Made by a program: the position numbers and the translations under genes. A DNA stretch of 64,000 nt from Lama guanicoe. Taxonomy: Eukaryota. The first letter of the stretch is position 1. Each line of letters starts with the position of its first letter. Shown piece after piece: positions 1 through 12,559 of the stretch. The stretch is taken from positions 8,652,358 to 8,716,357 of the forward strand of contig MU054187.1 of NCBI GenBank assembly GCA_013239625.1, written 5' to 3'. The notes below the pieces were generated by a model. It ran no database searches, had not been told where the DNA came from, and worked only from the letters and a program-made list of their open reading frames with translations.

Positions 1-744
1 CGATCAGTTGCAATGTCTAAGCAGGAAACACAGAAGCCAGTAGCATTTTAGCCATTGTAAATCTCATGATTTTCAGCAGAAAAATGCTTGGATTCATTCA
101 GGAAAAAAACAAGTTTACTGTTATTAGTACATATTTAGACTCCATTGAGGCAGGCAGCTAAAATCTACTCAGAAGTATCCAAGCGGTGCTTTAGGCATAG
201 AAGCAGTCCACGCTCTACCACTACGGTTTTCCAGATTAATTTACTACAGCTACAGCATGAGCTGCCTCTGTCCTCTGCTAGCCTACAGAAGGGTCCTGAC
301 CAGTGTTTAACCTCATAGCAAATTTGTCCTGATGTGATGTTTTGTTTCATGGAAGATTTTTTTCAAATGGACATGTGAAATTTTATTCAGTGCTTCCGGG
401 TGGTTTCTCAGGTTTTGCCAGTGCTTAATCTATAAATCATACAACCTAGTCATTTCTAGAGTCTGTTTGCATAATTTGGTAGGACATTTTCTGTGTATTT
501 ATCATGGACTAATTATTAAACTTCTCCAGGGACTTACTATTTCTGTCTTTGTCTTAAATGAAGCCCTTGTATAGGGACCTCACTTAAAACAGTTTGCTTA
601 GCATGATAGTTGTTAAAGTACTTATATAGTATTTTTAAATTATTTTTATATTATTCCCAAAGTATCTAAATTGTATTTTTAAATATTTGATAAGATCTAG
701 AGTATAGCACACTGCTTTCTATAGTTCCTTTTTTTTCTGTCTTT

Positions 745-878
745 AATTTTTAAAAACAGCTTTATTAAGGTATAGTTCACATAAAATGTATCCATTTTAA
801 GTATACAATTCAATGGCTTTAGATACACGTGTTGAGTTGTGCAACTACCATCATGATTTAGTTTTAGAACTCTTCTGA
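745..878 (-). mobile_element. Old L1M 3'-end fragment
   Basis: aacagctttattaaggtatagttcacata...gtatacaattcaatg...gtgcaactaccatc matches the antisense L1MA/MB-type 3' terminus. Confidence 0.7.
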
Positions 879-2260
879 GAATCCACTTTTTGACAGCAAT
901 GATTTCAGGTAGTGTCTTGGCATCTATTCCTTATTCATTAATAAATTCATTGTTCATTATTAAAAAGTACCTATGGAAATTTTTTAAAACTATTTTTCTG
1001 CAGCATTTAAAGTAAGGAGATTATTTTAAAACTCTCCAGCTTCTAGTTTTATATTTACTGCTCTATTTTAGTTACATCATATTACATACAGAAGGCTGGA
1101 CAGGTCAGACATTTAAACAGCTTGGCTCCTCGTAAGGCATTCAACTCTACAAGAGAAGCTGGACTATTTCTTAAAAATCAAGCTCCATATTATCCTTATT
1201 CTGTTATAAATATAAGACCCATCGACAAACATTGTTAGGTCAGCATTTGATATTGGAGTGTCCAAAAATTCTATGCTGGGCGTGGACACTTGAATTAAAG
1301 AAATATAATGAAGGATTGTTCTCTACTGAGTAAGGGTTATGGGGTTGCTAGATTGTTAGATCAGTGGATAGTAATATAGGGAAAGTTAATAATAATTCAT
1401 AATTAGTTAATCAACTAGTATAAAATGTTGAATGGTTTCCAGTAGCAATAAGAATTCCCTACACGTGACTACATTAGATTTTCAAGCCTAGAATAGGTTC
1501 TGAAGGTGCTTTCCACTGATTTAGTTGATATCATAATTGTTCTGAGGCAAGAGGTCTGAGCACTGGCTGCTGAATTAAGAGATAGGCTTCATAATTGAGG
1601 ATTCTTCGATGTGTGTCATGCTATTAAGTTATTGGCTGAACTTGTTCATGTTTGTACAGAAAGAAAGGAGGAATCAATAATCCAGGAGGAATCAATTTGG
1701 ATCAGTAAAACCTCTACTCCGATTAATCTGCCTTTGTCTGTGGTCTTTTACCAGTAGGGATTCTGAGACCATAACTATTTCTTTGGTAATTTCTTGAGTC
1801 ATATTTAATGAAAGTGTATTCATTTTCATAGTCTACAGTCTTACATGTATAAAAGCTTCAGAACATTTTGTCTAGAAGCAGATGCTTCCCTTTCAATATG
1901 TAGGTGTTTTATCCCAAAGAATAAATAAGTATTCCTTTGATAATGATTTCAAATATCCATCTCAGACGAGGTCATAGAATCGTTAGAGATTTTCACTACT
2001 TGAATGATTCTGACAAACTAAGGTAAATTAAAGTTTATTTTCCTGTCAGCCTTCTACAACGTATTAGACACCCTCAAATTTGTCTTTCATCGCCTTTTTT
2101 ACTTTAAGATAACATTTTTCTCTTAAAAAATATTTTGCTTATTACAAATCAATTTGCTTTTCTGTTTTCAGACAACTTTAACATTTTACTTTGAAGTATC
2201 TGATGTTCTACAGTCACGGAATTAGTGGCATATATTGTGACACCCATTAAAAAAGAACGC

Positions 2261-2280
2261 TGTATTATTGTGTAAATAAA
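2261..2280 (+). terminator. Candidate polyadenylation signal (AATAAA 2275-2280) with upstream UGUA elements
   Basis: tgtattattgtgtaaataaa: two TGTA (CFIm-type) motifs directly before AATAAA; ATTAAA at 2246-2251. Confidence 0.5.
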
Positions 2281-3855
2281 TACAATACCCCTTAGGAGTT
2301 TAAGAGGAAGATGGGAATCCATCCATTTGTACTCCATGGAGTAGCATCAGTGGATACATTTTAGGTAGTTGTTCTTTTATGCATTAGCCAGTATCAGACG
2401 CTGGTTCCTACAATCACCCTTCCACATTAACATCCACAGGTATCCTGCTCTATAGGTTCCAAAATCTTAGAAGACAGAATTTGGTTGTTTTATTCAGAGA
2501 GTTATTAGATGTATTGATTTATGCCTTGTTTATTTGTAAGATGGTCTAGAAATGGCTAGCCATTATTGGATATATTCTAAGTTGGGATGCTACTTTTTAA
2601 TTTATTTGTTTCTTTTTAAAGTCCTTAGTTCAGATTTGAGGCCATTTACAAAAATAGGGGACAAAGCTCCTTTATTTCAGTACTTGAGGCTACCCCAGAA
2701 TACAGTTTGAAAGTTTTCTAAAATCTATTTTTTATCTTTATTTACTTTAAAATTTTGAACCTTAATTTAAACTTTTAATAAAAGAAAGGCTTAAAAATTT
2801 TTCATTTTTATTTTAAAAATTTTACACAATGATATTCTTTAAATCGTCTCTTTCCTAGCCTGCTTCTCTTAAATATTTTGCCAACTGAGGGCTTAATAAT
2901 TAATTGACTAGTTGGTTTATAGATCTTTAGTTTAGGATAGTAAGTGTCTAGCAAAGTCCTGAATTCTATAGGAAATCTTGTCTGTCCTTTGGAGGTTTAG
3001 GAAACCCTTTAATTCTGGCCATTAACTTCACTCTGCAGAGAGTTTTAATTCAGCTTCTGTAGATCTGGACTGTGTCGAGTAAGTTTGTAATGGGAGGGTT
3101 CTTTCCTTAGGAAACCCTGAAGAAAAGATGACTCAGATGGAAGATTACGTGAAGCTCAGTAAAAGAAGAGACGCAAGGAGGCTGAGTTCCAGAAGGTTTC
3201 AAGGTCATTGAGAAAGACTGTCTTGGAGTCAGAATTGTGTTGAGAACGTTTGGTGTCTATTTTAAAAGCTGACTATTGACTATTTGGTGTCAAGAGCTCC
3301 TCTGAAACATATTAATTTACCGATTTTGACATTTTAAATGTCAAGTGCTATTTTGAAATTGTTATTTTAGGTCAATTTTTTAAAATTAAAATATATTTTT
3401 GCTATTTCCCCAAGTGCGACAGTTAGGATTACAGGGCAACTTAATGTAGGCAGCAGAAGTTTTTCTAGGAGAAGTTTGAGAATCGGACACAAACAGATCC
3501 ATGATGGACTAGAAAAAGCAGCCATGGCAGCTGGTCAACAACATGTGTTTACTGATGGTAACTCGGCTCGCAGACCAGGCAAAGGTAAGGAGGAGCTGTG
3601 TGACTGACGCAGGAAAGTTTCGTAGGGACCTACAAAGCCTGGCCACTCTCTTCTCCACACATTCAAAAGAAACTCTGGGACAAAACAAAACCACACACAC
3701 ACAAAAAACCCTGTGTTTAGAAACAAAAGCCAAAGCAAAGCAAGCCGCGGGAGAATATGCAGGTTAATGGAAAATACGTTTATCAAATGCTATACCTCCA
3801 ACACAGAAAGTCTCGTTACCCTGTACAAAGATATAGGCGTAATTACCAAATGATG

Positions 3856-4093
3856 CACTTCCAAATCGAAGACCTAATTCCTGAATTAAGAAGAAACGAC
3901 CCCTCATTACCTTATGCAAAGACTCGCTTGGCTACGAATCCCAGGAGAGCAGAATGATCATCACTTCCAAATCGAAGACCTAATTCCTGAATTAAGAAGT
4001 AAATGACCCCTCATTACCTTATGCAAAGACCTGAGCCTAATAGCCTTATGCAAAGACTCGCTTGGCTACGAATCCCAGGAGAGCAGAATGATC
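3856..4093. repeat. Tandem duplication of ~104 bp with a nested 14 bp direct repeat
   Basis: Copy 1 at 3856-3959, copy 2 at 3962-4093; ccttatgcaaagac at 3910, 4017 and 4044. Confidence 0.95.
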
Positions 4094-4276
4094 TCAGCAA
4101 CAAGAGCTCGGTGACACCAGTCGGAGCTCAGAGCACTGCTGGACTCACATCCCTGGCAGGAGACCTGAAGGAGGAGTGGGGTTTGGGCCCCAGGGCCCCA
4201 GTGCGTATACCTACGGGCTGCCTGGGATCCTGCCACGCAGGGGTCTTCAAAATTATGTCAGTGGCACGTTCAGAAC

Positions 4277-4710
4277 TGTCAAAGAATAATGAGACCACCA
4301 CTGAACTGCTAAAATAAACAAATTTGAATTTATTGCTTGCCGTAGCAAGGGAGAGCAGTGTTGGCCGGGCACATTCTCTCGGAGCAGGGCAGAGTGCTGA
4401 TCTTATTTGGGTTTTTGGAGAAGCGTGGAATTTGGGGACCGGTGGGCTTTCAGGAGTGGGTTGGCATTGTCAGAAGTGTGGTTACTCATGTGTGACTGCT
4501 GTTGACGGATGAGCCCTCAGTGGCGTGTTTTGTGGACTAAGTCTGTCTCTACTTAGCTAAATTACAGAAGCAAGAGATTGACACTGATTGGCTGACTTGC
4601 AAAAGCATGTTCGCTGAATTGAGTTGTCACTGATTAATTGAACAGGTTTAAAATACATTCTGGTCACTACTTATCCCCGTGGCTACAAAGCAATCACGGC
4701 TTCTTCTAAG
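4277..4710 (-). mobile_element. Probable old solo LTR, family unassigned
   Basis: Starts tgtca (..TGACA end on the - strand); tttatt poly(A) signal at 4329-4334; LTR-like composition. Confidence 0.45.
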
Positions 4711-4964
4711 TTTTTATAAACTTTAAAATTTTTATTTTAAAAGAAGACTGTACTGGGTTTGATCCTCGCCTCTGTCATTTAATTTGCTTAATAGCTCTGT
4801 ATTTCGGGAGATTACTAGATCACACTAAACCCTAAGAAAAATGAAATAACTGTGTCTACTTTGCATGATTAGAAAGCAGTCTGTTAAAAGCACCTTGTAT
4901 TTAGTTCACATTCAATAAATAATACATTTTATTTCATAATCTAAAAAAGACAGAAATAAAAACA

Positions 4965-5220
4965 CTTAATACTCTGGAGAGCTTACTATGGGCCGGGTAT
5001 TTTTTCCAAGCGCTTTTACGTATTTTGCTCATTTGTCCCTGTGAGCAGCCCTCTGGCGACGTACTATCATGTCAGTTCCCTCATTTTACAGATAAGAAAA
5101 TGGAGACACAAAGCCATTAAGTAAAATGCTCGATGTCACCTAGGAAGTGTTAGAGCTGAGATTTGAACTTGAGCAATTGGCTGCAGAAATGTTTGTGCTT
5201 GACCACTCTACCAAACTGCC
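4965..5220 (-). mobile_element. MIR SINE
   Basis: cattttacagataagaaaatggagacaca...gagctgagatttgaac MIR core, antisense. Confidence 0.85.
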
Positions 5221-5389
5221 AGCCTAACGTACAACAAAGAAATAAGTGATTAATATCTATATATCATCTGTAAGTGTGTGTATATTTACATAGATAAAGA
5301 AATTACTAGAGACTAATAAAGAGGGATCAAATTTTCAACAAATAAAAATGGCATAGGTTAATTAAAGAAAATCAGTTAGAAAATTTCTT

Positions 5390-7480
5390 CTTCCTTTAAT
5401 GAGAGACTAGGTAATTTGAAACAATCTTTCCATCAAGGACAATAAGAAATGCTGGAAAAAACTGTAAAAAGAAATGTGCTTGAAGTCATGGAGAACTTTA
5501 AAAAGTAATGAAGAACCACTGAGATAGTATTCAAGAGAAGATTAATTTTAGAAAAGTGATCTGAGCATTCAGGGCCATGATTCCCTGGGGCCATGTGCTG
5601 ATAAGCGGAAGAAGTTACTGAGAAGCTTAACTGAGAAGCCTTTCATAGGACTGGGGACAGCTGAAAGAATGAGAGTGGAAGGATCAGGCAGCTAAAGATG
5701 GGGGCTTGGGACTCCCCAGCTGTTGAGTTGGGAACCCAAAGGGCCGCACCAACCAGTAATGGTGACTCAAAAGTAGCCAAACCTCTCGTGGACCTCATCT
5801 GAGCTGTGTAATTCCTAAAATCAGATTATGGTGTTCCCAGATCGCCAGGGCCCCTGCACCTGGAATAAGGAAATAAAAATCCTCTGGGGAGGAAGATAAC
5901 ATTATCTTAGTTATCAAATCAGTACATTTTGAAATTCAGTGTTTTAACATAAAAGTAACCAGGCTCACGAGAAGATAAGACAAAATGAACATGGCGTTCT
6001 TTATCTTGGATTAGGATGTCTGTGTACTATTCAAGAATAAACACTTCAGCAGAGACTTGGAAGCTTTGCAGAGAACTGGAAACTAAAAAGTGACTTTGCA
6101 GATAGAAAAAAAGTAGTAATTCTACAAAGAAAAGCTGAAATTAAGAAATCAATGAATGGAATATTAAATGCAGCTTAAGAGATATATAGGTCAGAAGAAA
6201 TTATTCAGAATGAAATTCTAGGGGATAAGAAGATGAAAAATATAGAATAAAAAACATGAGACATGACGTATACAGCGAGGAGTCTTAACATCCAGGTGGT
6301 TGAAGTCCCAGAAAGATAGGAGAGAAACCACTACACAAACAGGTTTGAAGGGATAAGGGATAAGAATTTTCCAAAGCCAAGAAAGACCTCACCCCACAGA
6401 TTAAAGGACCTCATCAATTACACAGCTAGATAAATAAAAAGAGAAGCACACTTGAACACATTACATTAAATCCAAAAGCAGCTACAAAGGGCAACAAGGG
6501 AGAAAAAAGACACATTACTTTCAAAAAAACTCAAAACAAACAAAAATTAGATAGACAATTGAGTCCTCAAAAGAATCAGTGAAGTCGGAGGACAGTTTCG
6601 AGGTGATGAAATAAAATAAATCCTACCTGGAATTACACAGCAACTAAAATATTCTCCATCAATGAAAGCTTGCAATGCGTGTAACTGACAAAGGACTTGT
6701 ATCCAGAAAATAAAAAGAACTCCTAGAATTCAACAAAAATAAAACAAATTTATCAACAAAAATAAATTTTAAATGGGAAAGAGACTATGGAAGTATATAT
6801 GTATATATAAACATATATATATTTTATATATAAATATATATATACACAGAGAGAGAAAACCCAGCTAACCATAAAATCTTGTAAGTAATCAAGGAAATGC
6901 AAATTAAAACTAGTATAATGTTCACTATGTAGTCACAGAAGAGAAGAAATTGAAAATGACCAACAATACCAAATATTGGCTAGAATATAAAACAACTGGA
7001 ACTCCTACTGCTGATAGGAGAGCAATTGGTATCACCAGTTTGACGAAGAATTTGACATTATCAGCTAAAGTTGAAGACACGACTACCCTATGACCCGACA
7101 GTTGCACACTCGTTGCATACCCAAGAGAAAGGTGTACACGTGCACTCTGAGATACGCTGGAGGACGTGAATGGCAGGACTATTTGTACTAGTCACAAGCT
7201 GAAAGTAACGTAAATTCAATATGACATCTTCATGTAATACAATACATTTCAGCAAAGACAAAGAAAGCACTAAAACTGCATGCAACTACATAGATGAATG
7301 GAAAAGTTAGTGGAAGAAGCCCTGAACAAAATAATACAAACAATATTATTACACTTACATCAAGTTCAAAATCAGGCAAAACTAAATCACATTATTTGTG
7401 ATGCACATAAAGGTGTTAAAGGTATTTAAGAAGACAGGAAGTCATTTTGATAAAATTTGGCACAGTGGATATATTTAAGG
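5390..7480 (+). mobile_element. Ancient L1M(E) with 5' region, ORF1 remnant and ORF2-end/3' UTR
   Basis: A-rich ORF1-like stretch 6000-6670 (gaaattaagaaatcaatg, gaattttccaaa); ORF2-end motifs aactgacaaaggacttgtatccagaa (~6685) and caaggaaatgcaaattaaaac (~6890); 3' UTR aagttcaaaatcaggcaaaactaa. Confidence 0.75.
6794..6854. repeat. (TA)n microsatellite
   Basis: Imperfect tatatatgtatatataa...tatata run. Confidence 0.85.
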
Positions 7481-7764
7481 CAGGAATGAAAATAGACATA
7501 AATGCTAATAATAGAGAAATGCTGTGAGAAATTAAGATACATCCATAAAAAGAAATCCTCTGTGGGCATTATAGTTACATTTTCAAAATGTAATAAATAA
7601 ATAATGCAAAATAAGAAGAATATACACAGTATAATTTCAGTTATGCAAAACATATACTTATATATTAACATACCATGTATGTAAATGGGTGTATGCAAGC
7701 ATAGGAGACATGTAACACGCACATATGATTTAAAGAAAGAATTAAAAACTAAAAAAAAAAACAA

Positions 7765-7940
7765 CAACCAAATTTCTTCTGTATAGCACAAGGAACTATA
7801 TTCAATATCTTGTAATAACCTATAATGAAAAAGAAGATGAAAACAAATATTTGTACATATATGCATGACTGGGACATTGTCCTATATGCCAGAAATTGAC
7901 ACATTGTAACTGACTGTACTTCAATTTTTAAAAAAAAGAA
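7765..7940 (+). mobile_element. Young camelid L1 3' end, 5'-truncated
   Basis: ctgtatagcacaaggaactatattcaatatcttgtaataacc...cagaaattgacacattgtaactgactgtacttcaat followed by an A tail. Confidence 0.9.
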
Positions 7941-9259
7941 AAGATTGAAGAAAAATATATCAAATGTTTCATTTCTGGTTATAAGGATTGACATAGATCT
8001 TATTGTTTTACTTTTTCTGCCCTGTATTTCCCATTTTTCTACCATTTGTCAATATTTTAAAATCTGTGAAATATGTTTTTTATGAGAGAGAAAAGTTATA
8101 TAGTTAATTTCACCATCTTCAGATATCTCAAATAGATAAAAAATAATTTATGGTTATTCGATTCTATATAAGAGAGAATCCATAACTTTTCTTAGTAATT
8201 CATCTCAAAGGTTAACACTTTGATTTAAATTTTAAATTCCTGAAATCCTTGGACTGGGAATCTTTAGTATAGGCCCTATGTAGTAATTTACTACATCTAT
8301 GTTTATAATATATAAGTATTTGAGCCCTCAGGAATTTTCCTCCGTTAAAGTGAGTACATTTTAATAATATGAGAAGGTGATGAAATTCCACTTATTGTAA
8401 GTACCATTTTGTTTACTTAAGCAGGAAAATATTATAATATGTCTCAGATGCACTGTCAGGGGAGCCTGGGAAGCAAATAGAGCAGAAGCAGGTAGTCTTT
8501 ATTTGCTTAGCCCCCCCGGGAAGATAAAGCGGTACCCACTCCAGTCTCAGCAAAAGAGAGTTCTCCAGATGCATATATTTAGAGGTTAGAACACAATTTC
8601 TGATTTTAAAAACAAATTTAGTGAGAAAGTTCAAAGAAATTGTTTAAAATTAAGTGGCAACTTTTTAGTATATAACTGAGCATATATAGTTAGAAATAAA
8701 AATAAATAAACTCGGTCCAATTTTACAGTGAAAAGCTATTAATTGATAGCTTTCTGTTTGTATCAATTTAACTTTTTTTCTAGTATAAAGTACATTCAGT
8801 TTAATCTAAGAAATCACTTGATATCCTACTTATGGGCATGCGAAAAAGACATAAAAAGCTTCTACCTCAAAATTATAAACACAACCCAGCTATCTTTAAA
8901 AGTAAGAGATCAGATTAGCCAAGATCAGTGACAATCATGAACATAAGCAAAATTCTTAAATGGTTTGCTGTCCAGAAAATTGTTTCTATAGAAGAAAATT
9001 ATATAAGTGAAAAAATAAAAAGAGGCATATAATTAAGAAAAGAGAAAAATAAGCAAGGTATCTGCCTTTTCTTCTTCCCTTGTTGGAATTGTAACAGGAT
9101 AAAATATTCAACTGTGTCACTTTATTAAAGGAAGGTCAAATCATTCCACAATTTATTTTTTAACTAGTTAGGGATCAATAATATTACCCCCAAAGTTTTG
9201 CTGTGAAAAGTCCACTGACCTCTCTTGGCTCTTCTGCCCTTGACACAAGTGAAGTAAAC

Positions 9260-10867
9260 AATGATGTAGGATTTGTAAAGATCTGTAAAGAGAGAGCAGG
9301 TGGAAGAGGACTCAGAGCAGAGGTATCACGTGAGACCTGCACACCCACCACGGGAGCATCTGGAGGATGTGCCTTTCATCACGACTGTGAGAAGTAAATT
9401 TGAGGGGGGAGCCTCAGCACTCTTGAAGGGGTTTATGGTCACTCTTCTCTGTAGGACAGAAATTACAGTGAGAACTTCTACTCAAAACGAAATCCCTAAG
9501 TGCAGTCGGGATAATGGGGTCCCAGGACGCCTAGGGCCACACAGCTGCACTTAATCCCCAGACACAAGGTGGGCAAAATAGTCTGCCTCACAGAGACCTG
9601 TGGTGTTGACTAGTTGATCAGAGTGTCCCCGGAAAATATACAGTTGGCAGCCTGCTAAATTCTAAGTTGATCTGTATAAACAAAAGCCTTCTAGGCTGAG
9701 TGAACAGAAGTCTAATGTGAATCACCAAAGCAGAGAGTCATGGCCCCTCCATCAATTCCCAAACTGAAGCCGGCTTACAGACCCAGTTATGGTGCCATTG
9801 ACATAGAAAAACCTTGCAGGGCTGGGGCAAGGTCCTCCAGGAGGCTACATGTGCTCTAAATCAGTGTCCAATGTCTGGTGCTGTTTCTCCCGCAGCCAGG
9901 ATTCATGGGGACAGGAGTTGATGAGTGGAAATGGGAGTTGCTCCCCCTACTTGTGATCCGACAGCAGAATTTCTGCTTTCCGTCACAACTTTAACTCTAG
10001 GCTCGGGCTACTAGAGGTCTTGGCTCCCAAGGAAAGAACACTTCCACCAGGAGGTACAACAACAGTTCTATTGAACTGCAAACTGAGGCTGCCATTCGGC
10101 CATGTAGGGGCTAATCATGCCTTTGAATGAATAGGCAAAAAAAAAAAAAAAAAAGGAGATGACTGCACTCCCTGGGATGACTAATCCTGATTACCAAAGG
10201 CCAACTGAGTTATTAGTACACACAGGAGATAAGGAGGAGTGCCTCTCAGACACAGGAGATTCCCTCACTCAGGGCCTCTCCCAGTACGACTGTGTCTGAT
10301 CATTAAAGTCAGTAGAAAACTACAACCCCAATGCAGGCAGGGCTAGTGATGACCCACAGCCTTCAGGAATGAAGGTCTGGGTCTCCTCACCAGGCAGAGA
10401 ACCATGGCCAATAGAGGTGTGTGGTAAAGGCAAGTGGAATATGCAACAGGTGATGGATAAAGGTAGTTAGACATACCAGCCTCAGTGTCTGCCCAGCTGC
10501 AGAAGAAGAGCTGCAATAGGTATGAATACTTCTTCCTTAACTTGTTGTAAATATATTTGTGAGTGAGTGTGTATATATCAAATATTTTTGTTTTCTTTCC
10601 TCTCTTACCCTTTTATCATCTGACATAAAGTATATTAATAACAATTAACTTTATGTCGCAGTGTTTAATTTGTGAGCTATTGAAGACAAGTGAATAGCAC
10701 CCAAATGCTGTGCATTCTCTTCTGCGTAAAGGGTGATCACATTTTTGGTTGTGCTGAGGATAGCCGTATCATGTTAGACAGAAATATGACTTTGTTATTG
10801 CCTCTACTTGGAGATTAAGTATGACTTAAAGAGATGTGTATGAATGCCAAGTTGGCCAATGGTGAAA
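9260..10867 (+). mobile_element. ERV-L internal remnant (gag end, integrase end, dUTPase), decayed
   Basis: catggcccctccatcaattcccaaactgaagccggcttacagacccag (gag end); ttgcaggggctggggcaaggtcctccag, cttccaccaggaggtacaacaac and ccttcaggaatgaaggtctgggtc (int/dUTPase) resemble the HERV-L-type consensus. Confidence 0.85.
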
Positions 10868-11243
10868 TGTTTTAAATGTCCACTTGGCTAGGTTACAGTC
10901 CCCAGTTAATCAAACATCAGTCTGGGTGTCACTGTGAAGATGTTTGGTGCGTGATTAAAGTCCATAATCAGTTGAGTGTAGAAAGGATAGTCTGTGTGGG
11001 CCTCAGTCAGTTGAGAGTTCTTAAGAACATAGATGAAGTTTCCTTGAAGAAGAAGAAATTTTGCCTGTGACAGCAGCTATGGCCTATGTCCAAGAGTTCC
11101 AGGCTGCCTTCCTGACAGCCTGTCCTCTGGATTTTGAACTTGCTTAGCCAGACACCACATCATGTGAGCCAACTCGTCACAATACATCTTTTAATGTGTG
11201 TCTCTTACTGGTCTGTTTCTCTGGTTGAACTCTGACGGATACA
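10868..11243 (+). mobile_element. MLT2 LTR (3' LTR of the ERV-L)
   Basis: tgt..aatgtccacttggctagg start after PPT-like gccaagttggccaatggtg; ends tctgtttctctggttgaactctgacggataca. Confidence 0.85.
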
Positions 11244-12559
11244 CCTATCTCATTCTCAGTACCAACAAGCCACTAAGCCTAAGGCCCAACATATACTACA
11301 GGAGCCTCAAAAACTACTTTATTTAACTAGATTTATTTCATACTTCGGTAAAATAGTTCAACAAAAGTCCCGTTAATTATGGTATCTTTGTAACCCACTA
11401 ACTAGGTCAGCGCTTGGTGAATTAATGAGCATTTAATAAACGTTTAGTGAAAACAAATAGATGAGGGAATTAATTAATAAATTAAGATTACAGCTGCAGA
11501 GATTTATAAACAGTATACCATGGAAGAGAATTTTCACAAATCACCACATTTTGTAGATTTGAAACAATTAAACAGATGCTAGCAGTTAGTTAACTGCAGT
11601 TTCACTTTGTTTCTCCCCAAATGATGCTCTTAAGAACAATAACGAAATGACTTAGGGTAATTCACTCCCTAATAAACGTCTCTGTGAAACGGTAGGCTGT
11701 TACTTTTTTGAGTGTTACACAACCTCCCTGTGGCTCTTGACTCAACAGGGCCGGGAAAGCTCCTGACTCCACTTACTTCCCAGATGCTTCCCTGGTTTCC
11801 CTCTAACGCATGGGCGAAATCACAGAGGAGCTCACCGCCGAACACTGGCCCATGTGTGAGGTGGCACGTATGAGACATGGAGTCGTATGTGATATGGATC
11901 ATTGTTTTCTTTCTATTTTTTTTTTTACAATAAGGGGAGCAAGACAAGAAAAGGGAAGATGCAAGGAGGACAGAAAGGAGCAAAAGCTGAGGGGTGCAGA
12001 TGCCAACTGCTGTCGATGAACATGTAAATAGACTAAGGAAACAAGAGAATGTAAATGGATTAAGGAAACAAGACATCTTTCACTGTCCTTTAATGAGATG
12101 ATCTCACCCTCTATACTCTTTCAGCGTAGTTCTTACTTCCTCATCCCGTAATCATTTTTGTTATTTTTCTGGAGTGAAAAACTTCTCCCAGTTCATCTTC
12201 AGTTGTAGGTCCCCAAACTGAACACAACTGAGCAACAAAGTTTTGAGCTTCCACATTAAAGTTAAATTAGAGGGGGGAAAAAAAAAAAGAAAAACTCCCT
12301 GATAGTAAACAAAGAAACAAAACACAGTGACACGCCCAAAATACATCGTTCTGAAATCAGAAAACAATCACAAAACCCACAAGTCAAGTAAGAGGGAAAA
12401 GTTAGAACCAGTCTAGAAATTTTAAAGTGATAGCAAAATTATAAACCCAATTTTAAGATATCATTTCTCTTTGTAGAGATAATACATGCTAACTGATTTA
12501 AAAAAAGAAAAAGAAAAAAGAAACCAATACTGAAAAGTAAAATGGAGAAAAATGTCCCT

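Larger units (their letters stand above)
1..2300 (+). other. Probable distal 3' UTR of an upstream + strand gene
   Basis: AT/T-rich, largely repeat-free and without a meaningful ORF; ends in TGTA..TGTAAATAAA (2261-2280); further AATAAA at 940 and 1920. Inference only, since no exon is visible. Confidence 0.45.

Noticed and set aside
1666..1696. 13 bp direct repeat aggaggaatcaat (similar 10-12 bp doublets at ~47619 and ~57165)
   Set aside because: Ordinary micro-duplications with no evidence of function
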